Assembly (NCBI GenBank): GCA_963841565.1
Contig: CAWJCY010000004.1
Location: 32,001 to 96,000, forward strand
Length of the DNA stretch: 64,000 nucleotides
Source of the DNA: an uncultured Nitrososphaerales archaeon
GTDB taxonomy: Archaea; Thermoproteota; Nitrososphaeria; Nitrososphaerales; Nitrososphaeraceae
Direction: 5' to 3'
A model generated the notes under the pieces. The model saw only the letters and a program-made list of their open reading frames with translations. It was not told the DNA's origin and ran no database searches. This document shows positions 21,241 through 31,955 of this stretch, piece by piece. A program made the position numbers and the translations under genes. Numbering within the stretch: position 1 is the stretch's first letter; each line of letters opens with the position of its first letter.

Positions 21241-22194
21241 TTGGTAAGAGGTCTAGAAGAACTTAATGAGGATCTTCCTCTAACAGATTTCTGTAACGTA
21301 CTAGATGCCAGCACCAAGGTTCTGAAAAATCAAAATGAAAGTGGACAAATTTCAGGAGGAAAAGTACTTGGATCGTTGGTCAATTTAGAGATACCACAAA
21401 GGCTAGTAGTGATCGGCGACATCCATGGTGATTATGGTGCTCTTAGCACTATCTTGTCCAAGATAAACTACGAGCGATATTTATCAGACGATCATAACAA
21501 GCTCATTTTCTTGGGCGATTACATTGACAGAGGTCGAAGGTCTCCTGAAGTCCTTTATGCTGTATGCTATCTTAAAGCCAGATTTCCCCAGTCAGTAATC
21601 CTAATGCGTGGAAATCATGAAGCCCCAGACGAATTCCCATTTCCTTCTCATGATTTCCCCTTTAGAATTATAGATTTATTTGGGCAAGATCAATCGATGG
21701 TTGTGTATTATCGAAAGATTTTGCCATTTTTTCATGCACTTTACCTATCAGTAGTGGTCGAAAATTGTTTTGTAATTGTGCATGGTGGCGTACCAGCCCA
21801 GCTTCCCCATGATGGACCAGAAGCTATAGAGACTTTGTCTAACGCTCAGGCCAACCATATGACTAGCGAAACTATGGAAGAAATACTCTGGAATGATCCA
21901 CGAAATTCCATAATGGATAATGGGAATTTTGAACGATCGAGAAGAGGTATTGGTAAGCATTTTGGCCTGTCAGTGAGCAAGACATGGTTGAGAAGACTTA
22001 ATGCCAAAGTAATCTTGAGGGGACATGAACCTTGTGAAGGATACAAAATCGATCATCAAGGGCTAGTCTTTACAATTTTTACCTGCAAAGAGTCATATCC
22101 GACGTCAAAGGCAGCCTATCTGGACATCGCCTTTGACGAAATGGTTCATTTAAAAGACGGTTATGATCTCCGGCAACATATGAATTATGTATGA
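21241..22194 (+). CDS. PPP-family serine/threonine protein phosphatase
   Basis: GDIHG, LGDYIDRG, MRGNHE, VHGG, LWNDP, RGHE. Confidence 0.9.
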   Translation: MVRGLEELNEDLPLTDFCNVLDASTKVLKNQNESGQISGGKVLGSLVNLEIPQRLVVIGDIHGDYGALSTILSKINYERYLSDDHNKLIFLGDYIDRGRRSPEVLYAVCYLKARFPQSVILMRGNHEAPDEFPFPSHDFPFRIIDLFGQDQSMVVYYRKILPFFHALYLSVVVENCFVIVHGGVPAQLPHDGPEAIETLSNAQANHMTSETMEEILWNDPRNSIMDNGNFERSRRGIGKHFGLSVSKTWLRRLNAKVILRGHEPCEGYKIDHQGLVFTIFTCKESYPTSKAAYLDIAFDEMVHLKDGYDLRQHMNYV

Positions 22195-22203
22195 TTTAAA
22201 TCG

Positions 22204-23169
22204 CTAAATACTTAGGGTGACTTTAATTTCCTTACAGCGCTTCCTAAGCGACACGGTCGAAATATCGGCGACTTGACATATTTCAACCTGACGTAGAAAT
22301 TCATTGCAATTCTGTGAAGCAAGATAAATAACTGCCCCTGCCAGGGCTCTAGGATTCTTGCCAATAGATATGCGATTCTCTTGAACATCTGAGTAGATTC
22401 GCAAGGCTTCCCTCTTTGTTCTTTCAGAGAGACTCAGTCTATTTGCGATAAGGGTGACGTAGTCAGGGCCATGTAAAACTGGAACTTGTAACGATAATTC
22501 CTTTAAGATGAGTTTGTAATGCGTCATAACGTCCTTCGTAGGCAGATTACAAACCGTTGCAATATCGGATATAGTCTTAGGCGTAGCTGTTTCTCGACAT
22601 GCTGCGTAGAGTGCTGCACCAACAAGCCCAAGCGTAGATCTTCCCTTTGCGAGCTTCTTAACAGCCGCTTTTCTATATATGTATGCAGCACTTTCGATAA
22701 CGGCCTGGCTTAAATACAGCTTATCACCAAAATTATTCAAGAATTTCAGCGCTTTTTCGAGATTTCTAGAAATGGAGTCATTTAACTGAGATCTATTGTT
22801 CCAGGTCCTTAACCTTTGCATTTTCACCTTTTGTGACGGTTCTAATGCTTTACCTCGCGCATCAGTATCACCTATCCCTATCAGTGTGGATAAGCCCTTA
22901 TGATGCACAGCCAGAGATTCAGGCATGCCCGTCCTTGCCCTGTCGCTGTAACCCGATCTTGAGGGAAAACTTCCCGCGTGCTCAGAACTCAACAGCTCAT
23001 CTGCAACGACGCATCCACACGAGCTACAAACGAACTCATTGGATAACATATCGAAGATGACTGTGTAACTTTGGCACTGACTGCAAAATGCAGCATCCAT
23101 ATTGTCATTTAGCTTACTTTCAGATGGCACCAAAGTATCACAGGGCTCCCACCCGGACAAAAGCTCCAA
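22204..23169 (-). CDS. tfb: transcription initiation factor IIB
   Basis: Zn ribbon CSQC...CSSC, GLSTLIG, two cyclin repeats (KGRS, GKNP); true start may be the ATG of MDAAF. Confidence 0.92.
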   Translation of the reverse strand: MELLSGWEPCDTLVPSESKLNDNMDAAFCSQCQSYTVIFDMLSNEFVCSSCGCVVADELLSSEHAGSFPSRSGYSDRARTGMPESLAVHHKGLSTLIGIGDTDARGKALEPSQKVKMQRLRTWNNRSQLNDSISRNLEKALKFLNNFGDKLYLSQAVIESAAYIYRKAAVKKLAKGRSTLGLVGAALYAACRETATPKTISDIATVCNLPTKDVMTHYKLILKELSLQVPVLHGPDYVTLIANRLSLSERTKREALRIYSDVQENRISIGKNPRALAGAVIYLASQNCNEFLRQVEICQVADISTVSLRKRCKEIKVTLSI

Positions 23170-23366
23170 CAGTTTTTATCCATACTTTTTCTAGAAATCA
23201 GAAATGTCTAATAGGATCTGGTTTTTATTGATATTTTCTTGTCCTAATCACATAGGATTTAGATATTCAAACTAATTCTCGTATGATATGCACTTGAATA
23301 AATTCACGCAACTCAATTCTAGAAAAGATGTACTCTTATTGCTTATGGATTATATGAGAAGCAGAC

Positions 23367-24779
23367 TTGCAAGATACTCTTTTAGCTGGATTGTTAACCT
23401 TTCTATGGTTAGTCAATATCCCAATTGCCGTTCTTGCAGTCTCAAGATTTGTCACAAACAGAAGGGTGTTTATAACTTCTGATCTTAGGAGGATAAGAAA
23501 TGATCCAGTGATTATTTTTCAGATTACTACGAGGTCCGCGACAAAAACCCCGGTAGTTGAGAGAGGGATACGATCAATAATTGAATCATGCGGGAAGGTA
23601 GAATATGATAAATTTAAAATATCAGTCGTAACTGATGACCCTGCCGATAATATAGAACTTGGTGAATTCGGTTGCGAGGTGGTAGTCGTCCCGAAATCGT
23701 TCAAAACATCTGCTATTAAGAAAGGAAGAGCCCTCCAATATGCGCTTCTTTATAGAAGATGCCGGGATGAAAACAAGAAACAGATCTGGATCTACCATAT
23801 GGATGATGAGAGCTTTGTTACATCTCAAACAATTTTGTCCCTCTTGAAATTCATACGAGACGGAAAGGGGGTAGCCTCTGAAGGACCTATCTTTTATCCT
23901 CTTAAGTTTGAAAACGCCAATGTTTTAACTGCATTAGCCGAATCGATTCGACCGTTTACATGCTATGATTGTGTTTCTCAAATGACAAACAAAGTTGTTC
24001 TCAAGACTCCACCACTGCATATGCATGGTAGCAACCTTCTTGTACGATCTGATGTGGAGGACAACATTGGGTGGAATTTCGGTCCTACGCTAGCTGAAGA
24101 TCAGTTGTTTGGCTACCTGGTATATGAGAAATATGGTTCAAATTCTATGGGCTGGCATGGCGGGATCTTACTTGAACAACCTCCCCTTAATATCAAGGAT
24201 CATTTTATGCAGCGTAGAAGGTGGGTTCTAGGAAGTCTTCAGAATGTTGATAAATTTTCAATTATTCACAGAGTTAAATTATCATATAAGCTCATGACGT
24301 ATTTCTTAGGATTTGCTGCTGGGCTCCTATCAACAATTATCTCCATTTATGTAAATCTACCAATCGTACTATCATTTTTTACTTCTGCTGGTACTCACAC
24401 TGGCAATGGCATTGCGAGTGAAAGTATCGTGAATTCTTTTATAGACAATCTTAACCTTGCATTCCAGCAATTCTATTCCAATTCTGCATTACACAATTGG
24501 ACTACTGCAGGACCAATTGAGTTCGCTACGGGATTACTTCTTTTATTCTCATCGCTTATTTGGTTGTTCTCATATCAACTCGGATTGTTCCAGAATCTTC
24601 GATTTAGCCAGATATCATTGTCAAAAAAAATCCTCTTTCACTTTCAAACCTTATTTTTATGCCCAATTATTGGTCTTGTAGAAACATTTCCAGCTTTTTA
24701 TTCAATTATAGAGTACACATTTAGAAATAACCGAAATGAGGGAACACCAGTATATGATTTCTATGTCATAGAGAAGTGA
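23367..24779 (+). CDS. membrane GT2 glycosyltransferase (egghead/beta-mannosyltransferase-like)
   Basis: KGRALQY, HMDDES, HGSNLL, LAED, QRRRW; N-terminal and C-terminal TM helices. Confidence 0.8.
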   Translation: MQDTLLAGLLTFLWLVNIPIAVLAVSRFVTNRRVFITSDLRRIRNDPVIIFQITTRSATKTPVVERGIRSIIESCGKVEYDKFKISVVTDDPADNIELGEFGCEVVVVPKSFKTSAIKKGRALQYALLYRRCRDENKKQIWIYHMDDESFVTSQTILSLLKFIRDGKGVASEGPIFYPLKFENANVLTALAESIRPFTCYDCVSQMTNKVVLKTPPLHMHGSNLLVRSDVEDNIGWNFGPTLAEDQLFGYLVYEKYGSNSMGWHGGILLEQPPLNIKDHFMQRRRWVLGSLQNVDKFSIIHRVKLSYKLMTYFLGFAAGLLSTIISIYVNLPIVLSFFTSAGTHTGNGIASESIVNSFIDNLNLAFQQFYSNSALHNWTTAGPIEFATGLLLLFSSLIWLFSYQLGLFQNLRFSQISLSKKILFHFQTLFLCPIIGLVETFPAFYSIIEYTFRNNRNEGTPVYDFYVIEK

Positions 24780-25011
24780 GTGTTGTTGCTGACGACGCCT
24801 CTACCTCATAAGGAGATCAATCGAATGTGTATGTCGACAGATGGTTTATTTTCGAATCCGCAAGGGATCTGGTATCATTACTTTCAATATGATAAATCTA
24901 GTCTGTCGGCTTAGCAGTTAGACCGTCCCTATCTGACAAAAATGGCTGCATTTTAGAGAAATAATTCGTGAGATAGAATTTGTTTCAGTGGATCTACGCT
25001 GCTTCAAAGGA

Positions 25012-25117
25012 TGGAGGGGGTGGGATTCGAACCCACGAACCCCTTAGGGACGGGATCACCCATCTGAAACGTGTAATCTTGAGTCCTGCGCGGTTGACCA
25101 GGCTTCGCTACCCCTCC
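25012..25117 (-). tRNA. tRNA-Leu(CAA) with 21-nt intron (25057-25077) at position 37/38
   Basis: GGAGGGG/CCCCTCC acceptor stem, long variable arm, GTGGG TTCGAAT CCCAC T-arm; CTCAAG then intron ATTACACGTTTCAGATGGGTG forming a bulge-helix-bulge (CTCA/TGGG helix, AGA and TGA bulges). Confidence 0.93.
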
Positions 25118-25266
25118 TCAATGCGTGATTTGAAGCATCAGGTTTTGTTTCCATTATACTGGGAAGGTACCTTGATAAAAATTTAATCGAATTCAAGTCT
25201 GGCACAAATGCCATTGATTTGGGAGACGTAATATTTATTTTGGATGACCAGTAGCTAATTAAAGAA

Positions 25267-25554
25267 ATGAAGATAACTGAACTAACACCTGGCATAAGGG
25301 GTGTAAGTGTAGAAGGAAAAATAGAAAGCATAGCAGAGGCAAGGACCGTAAACCTAAGAGCGGGAGGCACTGCACGAGTCGCGGATGCCGTTATAACAGA
25401 TGATAGCGGAAGTATAAAGCTGTCACTTTGGGATGACCAAATAGATATGGTTCAAGAGGGTGATACGGTCGTTATTGAGAATGGCTATACCCAAGCCTTT
25501 AGGGGAGATAACAGCCTGAACATAGGTCGTTATGGCAAGCTTCGGAAGGTGTAG
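25267..25554 (+). CDS. ssb: single-OB-fold single-stranded DNA-binding protein (crenarchaeal SSB type)
   Basis: DDSGSIKLSLWDDQ, VIENGY, LNIGRYG OB-fold signature. Confidence 0.85.
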   Translation: MKITELTPGIRGVSVEGKIESIAEARTVNLRAGGTARVADAVITDDSGSIKLSLWDDQIDMVQEGDTVVIENGYTQAFRGDNSLNIGRYGKLRKV

Positions 25555-25626
25555 CAATTTACATATGTCGACATCCTAAAAAGGCATTCAACGGTGGTGC
25601 CCAATTTTAATCGCAACTAATTGCCT

Positions 25627-26454
25627 TTAGCTGATATATCCTGTGTTACGCGGATTAGTTTGCGCGGTTTGCTCTCCCCCTTCAAACCTCCCACCAGAAG
25701 CCTGTCCCATCTGCTGTTCAATTGTTTTTATCAACATTTCTGTGTCTTTCGCTCTCGCATCCAAGGCGTCCATACTAATCTCTACACCCAGTCTCCTAGT
25801 CAAGACTTCCAATAATGACCTTGATGCTTTTGCATCAACAACATAGCCTGAGGTCTCGCCCAGTAAACAAGTACCTCTCATTCCTTTCAGTTTGGCCAAT
25901 CCAACTATCAGTCCATTCATCCCTGTTATTACTCCACCATCCATAACAGCAATATCAGGAGTATTGATATCTCTAAGGCTCTCCATGTCGGAAGCCGTAC
26001 AAAATACTCGGGGCTTCTGGACAAAGACTCCTGTGATATAAGCTGCCAATGCATATATGTGCGAAACAGAAAATCTGGATGCAATTCCGAGAATTGTTTC
26101 GGCTAATAGGTACTCCGCATCAGGATTAGAGGGTTGCGAGTCTCCAGTCAAGAACATCATGTTCAAAGAAGGTGAAATTGGGGATTCATGATAGAATATC
26201 GCGTTTCTAATAAGATCTACAGTCCCGTCTGGCTTGATCAGAACTTGCGGTGGAAATGTATTTGAGTAAATATCCACTAAATGTTTTGCGCTTAGTTCAT
26301 GTATCAGATGATCTACTGCAAGTTTGCCTACATAACCACTTCCGGGGAAGCCGCAAATAAGGGAGGGGAACTTAGAATCAGGCAATGAAGAGTTGGGATA
26401 AATTAATTCAAACCGTGCTTCAATCATAGTACTACATGATTGCTGCTCAAGCAA
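25627..26454 (-). CDS. PAC2 family proteasome assembly chaperone
   Basis: GFPGSGYVGKLA, FPPQV, GDSQP, GMNGL, CLLGETSGY..DAKAS; start may be the ATG of MIEARF. Confidence 0.85.
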   Translation of the reverse strand: MLEQQSCSTMIEARFELIYPNSSLPDSKFPSLICGFPGSGYVGKLAVDHLIHELSAKHLVDIYSNTFPPQVLIKPDGTVDLIRNAIFYHESPISPSLNMMFLTGDSQPSNPDAEYLLAETILGIASRFSVSHIYALAAYITGVFVQKPRVFCTASDMESLRDINTPDIAVMDGGVITGMNGLIVGLAKLKGMRGTCLLGETSGYVVDAKASRSLLEVLTRRLGVEISMDALDARAKDTEMLIKTIEQQMGQASGGRFEGGEQTAQTNPRNTGYIS

Positions 26455-26612
26455 TCAACTTAAAAGTGTTTATTTCGATGACGAGTTTATTCGGTGTGAT
26501 TCATATATAATTTTTCTAGCCTGTTGGAGAGGAATGCATACTACGATACTACTTATCGAATGATCTATCATTAATCGAGAGCGACATACATAATAGATGT
26601 GTTGCACGCTAA

Positions 26613-27180
26613 CTAACCTTGCTGAATTGGTCTCCTGATTTCTCCTTCAAGATTAGCAGCTGTGTGAATGTTGACATAGGCCTCACCGCTGTCGAAAAGA
26701 TCGAGTAGACCTGAAATTGGTTAGCCTACCAGTGGACCTTCTAGATCGTCAGCACTTAACGTCGCGCTCATCAGTTAACCCTAATTTCCCAATTGGTGGC
26801 TGAGGCTTGGATAAAGAAGCAACTACTGGATTATTTTCATCGCTCCTCCCTCTGTGGATATGAGTGGCAGTAATCTCCTCGACATTTTGGACGTTTACTT
26901 CATACGAAATATCATTGCCGAACGATGCAGTCGCAACTGAATCTCCCAATCCAATTGCTTATGCATTCGAGTCGAATTGAGCTTCGCCGATCGCATCTGT
27001 ACTTACCTTATGAATCTCTGCGCCGCCAGAAAGGGAAGCGGAATATACTCCAGATATCTCGAGGTTACTAGCAAAGGCAGACAAATAAATTGAGAACATC
27101 ACTGCCAATCCCCTAATAGATAATATGGTAACCATAGCTACCTTTAGCTTAAGTGGGAAGTTCATCAGTAATGTACTCAC
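26613..27180 (-). pseudogene. degraded secreted CHRD-domain protein
   Basis: Fragments: signal-like N-terminus, ASLSGGAE, ITATHIHRG..ENNPVV, DLEGPLVG*PISGL..GEAYVNIHT...GEIR; in-frame stops and frameshifts. Confidence 0.75.
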
Positions 27181-27593
27181 TTCATTCTATATGAAATATG
27201 AGTAAATTTTTACTATAGTGTTTTTCCAGTGATAATGATGTCTGAATTTGACATATTGAGAAATGGTTAGCGTCTCGAGGGCAGCCATAAAGAAAGTAAT
27301 CAAGATCAGATACCAAAAAATGGTGAATGTCCAACGGAAAAGGAAACACCTCTGACTATTCTTGTAACTATTGATGATGCTACAAGTGTCTAAATTAAAT
27401 GAATGAAAAGATATTGCAAAATTCATACCACAAGTACTGACGGTATTCTTCCAAAGGAAATGATGCTCGACCAACTCAATTCGTATCTCATTTGATAATC
27501 GAGAAGAATTGCAAATTTCTGGATAACAATTAAATACATTTTCCGCAATAGTCAAGGCTTATAAGTTATTCTCTCTTCATGTAATGTAGTTAA

Positions 27594-27914
27594 ATGATTA
27601 AAGAATTTATCGTATCAAGAATAGAAGCCTCTCATGATGGGACGCCCTACGTACACGTTAGCTTCATGGACCAGACGTCAGGGGACAGACAACAGTCGAC
27701 GAACCCTTTTGGAGTTAAGGCAATAAACTTTTCCTCTCCAGAAGATTTAATGAAAAACTTACCTAAAGCTATGTCAAACGTTCTGGGCAGTGGTATGGGA
27801 TTAGCTGATGCGCCAACGTTCAAACTGAGTATGAGAGAATATGAAGACCTGGGCTTAAAGGTAGGTGATAAAGTTTTGATTGAGCTGAAGAAGCCTGAGG
27901 TAACAGGCATATGA
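27594..27914 (+). CDS. conserved hypothetical protein (possible OB/arcadin-1-like fold)
   Basis: 106-aa ATG ORF with upstream TTATAA; C-terminal EYEDLGLKVGDKVLIEL; family call tentative. Confidence 0.65.
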   Translation: MIKEFIVSRIEASHDGTPYVHVSFMDQTSGDRQQSTNPFGVKAINFSSPEDLMKNLPKAMSNVLGSGMGLADAPTFKLSMREYEDLGLKVGDKVLIELKKPEVTGI

Positions 27915-27976
27915 CCCTAAGAGAGTTCTCCTAAGAATTATTACTGGTTTTGGTATCTAGATCACGTTGGCAGAAT

Positions 27977-29362
27977 TTAAAGATAATCAAGTATACTTGA
28001 TTGGCCATCCTCCTGGCCAGATCCTCTATTTAGTATCAAATTTGATATCTTTATGCCTATCTTCCTTATAGGAACGTTAATGAATAGTTCAGTACCAGTA
28101 TTTGAGGGTCTGTTCTCCATCATGTTATTAGCAGCTTGCCCTTCTTGTCTATCTGTGACTGTGGAATAGAACTTTTGTAGAAGGCCTGGTATAGCGTTAC
28201 TGATACTTTGTCTGGTGTCCTGATAATGCAAATATGATCTCTCTCTCGTTTCAACTACGAAATCTGCATGTACCAGTTTAATACCTACTGTACGAAATCG
28301 ATACCCTCTTCTTTGTATTCTCCTAAACAGCTCATCTGTTAATGCGTCAAAGTGAACAAGTAAACTTTGTTGATCTTTTGTAAAATCAGGCAATGTGTAT
28401 TCGGTACTCAGAGAGACATGTTCACTTCTAGGTCGAACAGGATCATCGTCTAGGCCTTTGGCAATTTTCCACATACGTATCCCATACTTATTACCGAATC
28501 TGTCCACAAGGGTTTGGACGTCAGTTCTTGCAAGTTGTCCGATCGTTTCGATACTCATCTGCTTTAATGATTTTTTAGTTATAGTCCCGATACCTGAAAT
28601 TCTCTCTACTTTGAGGTTTTCAAGGAAATTGGCAACCGCTGTTGGAGGAACTATCGTGAGTCCGTCTGGTTTTCTGAAGTCTGAAGCAATCTTAGCAATT
28701 GATTTAGTAGGAGCAACCCCAACTGAAGTTAGAAGACCACATTCTATCTTTATCTTATTTTTGATCGAAATCGCAAAGTCCTCGATTAGATGTGAATAGC
28801 TCAAATCGCGTACTGACTCACATTCTCTCTTAGCGGGTCGATGTACTAGAACTGAATCATCAACATCTGTTGCTTTATGCTTATGTACTACCAAAGCATG
28901 AATCTTGTCAGAACAATCTAGGAAAGCTTCATCAATGCTGGTCTGTTCTAAAATATCAGAGCAATCGTGTAAAACGTTCATCACTTTCTCAGAGATCGTT
29001 GCGTAGTACGGAATATCTACCCGATTAAGGACAAGTTCGGGACATGCTTTTAAAGCGGAGGATAAGGGCATCGCGGATCTTACTCCCATTTTCTTTGCTT
29101 CGTACGAGCATGAGGCTACAACTCCTTTTGTGATTCGGCCTTGCTCTTCACGAGTCATAATTACAGCATGAGGCTTACCCACTAGCAGCGGCAAACGTAA
29201 CTCTTCACATGAAGGGTAAAACGAATTTAGATCAACATGGACAACAACTCTCTTGTCCTTCCATGAATCTGACTGACCTGCGTCACTGCTTGGTCCTGCA
29301 CTGCTACTATTCGTTAACTCGTTGATTTGAGTAAAATCTGGGATGGCACTATCCTCATTCAT
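27977..29362 (-). CDS. dinB: Y-family DNA polymerase IV (Dpo4/DinB)
   Basis: HVDLNSFYPSCE, SCSYEAK, SIDEAFLD, AKIASDFRKPDG, IRKIGIKIS. Confidence 0.92.
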   Translation of the reverse strand: MNEDSAIPDFTQINELTNSSSAGPSSDAGQSDSWKDKRVVVHVDLNSFYPSCEELRLPLLVGKPHAVIMTREEQGRITKGVVASCSYEAKKMGVRSAMPLSSALKACPELVLNRVDIPYYATISEKVMNVLHDCSDILEQTSIDEAFLDCSDKIHALVVHKHKATDVDDSVLVHRPAKRECESVRDLSYSHLIEDFAISIKNKIKIECGLLTSVGVAPTKSIAKIASDFRKPDGLTIVPPTAVANFLENLKVERISGIGTITKKSLKQMSIETIGQLARTDVQTLVDRFGNKYGIRMWKIAKGLDDDPVRPRSEHVSLSTEYTLPDFTKDQQSLLVHFDALTDELFRRIQRRGYRFRTVGIKLVHADFVVETRERSYLHYQDTRQSISNAIPGLLQKFYSTVTDRQEGQAANNMMENRPSNTGTELFINVPIRKIGIKISNLILNRGSGQEDGQSSILDYL

Positions 29363-29836
29363 GAATTAAGCCCACACACAAAGCCTCAACCTGTTGTCTG
29401 GTCGTTTGTGTTCCTGTTCAATGATAAATACAAACGGCAAGGTACATGAAAATATCAAGCAGAAATGTAAAGAATATACAACATTAGTCCTGACCAAAAC
29501 AAGAAATAGAACAAGCATTATAACAACTATAGTGACCATAGTGATAATAATGATGTGATATCGATGTTTACAATGGGGGTTATTACTACCACCTTTACTA
29601 TACAAAGCACTTTTTTCATTCGTATGGTGAACTATCATGACATGCTTCAAGTTTTCTTATTTACTTATACTTCATTCATTTACTGATGCTAGATAAAAAA
29701 ACCTATTGCTTGCACTTGCCAGATTTAGCCTATCTCTTGTAACGTTACATAATAGGATAAATGAAAGTCGTTCTGAACCTATCGCTCTGATCGAAATTTA
29801 TATCTAACGCCTGAAAGCTACTACTTCAGTAATCGC

Positions 29837-31603
29837 ATGAGTAAAAAAAATAAGCTTGATTCTCGACTCCTTTATAAGAAAGATAACTGGTTTCGTGATT
29901 CATTCGGAAGATATGTTATGTTCAGAGGCGTAAACTTTGGAGCAAGGAGCAAACTTCCTCCTTACCTCCCCATTTCTCCACTTAATGTTAAGAAGATATC
30001 TGCACAAGAGCTTACAAGTGAAATTGAGTCTGTAACCAAGGAACTTGACCTCTTGCAGGAATCAGGGTTTAATGTAATTAGATTTGTTCTCTCTTGGAAA
30101 GCCATAGAACCTACGCCTAATCCAGACCTTGATCGGATTCTACCAGAGGGAGAAGAATATCTGAGACTCGTACTGCAGATCATTGATGAGCTATATTCAC
30201 GTAATCTCCTGGTCTTGCTCGATTTCCATCAGGATATCGCTCATGAGGTATGTGGAGGAGACGGATTTCCGGATTGGGCTCTGGCGTTGAGTAATGATGT
30301 CAGGAGGCCAGAGAAGCCAGTGAAAAACAATAAACTGTGGGCTATGTCGTACCAAATGAATAAGCTCGTCAAAAACACGCTATATTCATTTTATCATAAC
30401 GATCTAACCAATGATGAATTGAAGCTCTCTCACTATCCAATAAGGACACACCTTGAAAAAACAATAGGACAGACTATTAAATTCTTGAAGAGCGCGAAGG
30501 GTGGGGAAGGTCACCCTGCCATTTTAGGCGTGGACCTTTTTAACGAGCCTCATCCTGCAGGGATTGACAAACTTGAATTTGAATCAAAGTTGCTAAAGGA
30601 GTATTATCTAAATGCTTTCCATGAAATAAGGAAATATGATGACAAGATTTTTGTGTTCATTGAGCCACGGGTAGATTGGACAGCATTTTCTTCAGAAGAG
30701 ATGAACAAGAAATTAACTGGTTGGGATAAGGCTAAGAAATTCGATCTAAGAAGATTTCTACGCATTGGTGATATGGAAATGGTACGCTCGCCTCTAGATG
30801 AAGGGACATATACTAAAAAAGGACTCATGGATCCTCCCAAGGAGATAAATACATATCTTCCTGGAAAAACTGATTGGCCCGCTGAATTTCTGGAAAGAGG
30901 AGTGTTTTCGTTTCATTATTACGATACTCGGGCCATAATGTCATCCTTTGGCATGATCCCCGAAAATCTGTCAAAATACAAGCAGGATTGGCCTGACGTA
31001 TTTGAAAGAATTGTATCAGCAGGTTATGAAAGAGATCTAATCCCATTTCTAACAGAGTTCGGCGGAACTCAAGAGTCCGAACAGATTAGTCCATACATTA
31101 ATTTGCAATACATTCAAGTTGAATCTCAACTCTTGAATTCTACCTACTGGAATTATGACCTCTATAACACCAAGGATGGAAAGGATAACTGGAATCTTGA
31201 GAATTTTTCTCTACTAGGTCCTCAGAGAAAACCAAGACACTTAGATCTTGCGACCAGACCCTATCCTTTGCTGAGTTCTGCCAAACCAGCATTTCTTTCC
31301 TTTGATACCAAAAACAAATACTTTTCACTGATGCTTGAAGGTAGTGTAATTGACGAGCCTACTGTGATATTTGTACCTAAAAATACTCACTATCACAAGG
31401 GATTCTATGTGTGGACTACTTCAACTACTAAAGAGTCTGTAGAATGGGATGCTGATGACCAACTTTTGTACTGGAAACCCTCCAAGGAGCTGGACAATAA
31501 CACTCTAGTCATTTCAGATAAGGAAGACGTCCATATCAACAAGCTTCCTAAAGAAGTTAGCGGGACCTTCTCAACTTTGAGTCCTTTAGGAGGATTTGAA
31601 TGA
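29837..31603 (+). CDS. glycoside hydrolase family 5, endoglycoceramidase-like
   Basis: GRYVMFRGVN, WKAIEP, DFHQD, GGDGFPDW, NEP (acid/base), FHYY, TEFG (nucleophile), DNWNLENFS, RPYP; no signal peptide. Confidence 0.85.
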   Translation: MSKKNKLDSRLLYKKDNWFRDSFGRYVMFRGVNFGARSKLPPYLPISPLNVKKISAQELTSEIESVTKELDLLQESGFNVIRFVLSWKAIEPTPNPDLDRILPEGEEYLRLVLQIIDELYSRNLLVLLDFHQDIAHEVCGGDGFPDWALALSNDVRRPEKPVKNNKLWAMSYQMNKLVKNTLYSFYHNDLTNDELKLSHYPIRTHLEKTIGQTIKFLKSAKGGEGHPAILGVDLFNEPHPAGIDKLEFESKLLKEYYLNAFHEIRKYDDKIFVFIEPRVDWTAFSSEEMNKKLTGWDKAKKFDLRRFLRIGDMEMVRSPLDEGTYTKKGLMDPPKEINTYLPGKTDWPAEFLERGVFSFHYYDTRAIMSSFGMIPENLSKYKQDWPDVFERIVSAGYERDLIPFLTEFGGTQESEQISPYINLQYIQVESQLLNSTYWNYDLYNTKDGKDNWNLENFSLLGPQRKPRHLDLATRPYPLLSSAKPAFLSFDTKNKYFSLMLEGSVIDEPTVIFVPKNTHYHKGFYVWTTSTTKESVEWDADDQLLYWKPSKELDNNTLVISDKEDVHINKLPKEVSGTFSTLSPLGGFE

Positions 31604-31955
31604 AAAGGATTAGTAATACTGGCGGCGATAAATTGTAAATGAGTTTGTGTACATGCAAAACTCAGGTTTCATACATCAAAATGCGTATAACGCATCTATC
31701 TAGTGGTCATTCTACCACAACTTCTACTATGCGAGATGGCTACACACAGAGTATCCGAGTATACTGGTTTATTCAACGATTTATCTCCTAATACTTCATC
31801 ACATGAAAGAACTTGATGTGAATGTATTATGAATGGAATGCAACAAAGGCTAATTATTCAATGCGGTTATACGTGGATGAGACATAATAAATCTTCCAGA
31901 GGGACATTGATGATATTATTGCTGCATAGTCAGAAAGAATAGGCTCTGAAAATTC

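Noticed and set aside
25012-25117. tRNA-targeted integration (att duplication)
   Set aside because: No repeat of either tRNA 3' end and no integrase noticed in the window
24980-25370. ORFs 24980-25186 and 25056-25370
   Set aside because: Shadows of tRNA-Leu and ssb
27187-27555. 122-aa ORF (similarly 29366-29650)
   Set aside because: TTG starts, unusual composition, no motifs; cannot be supported as genes
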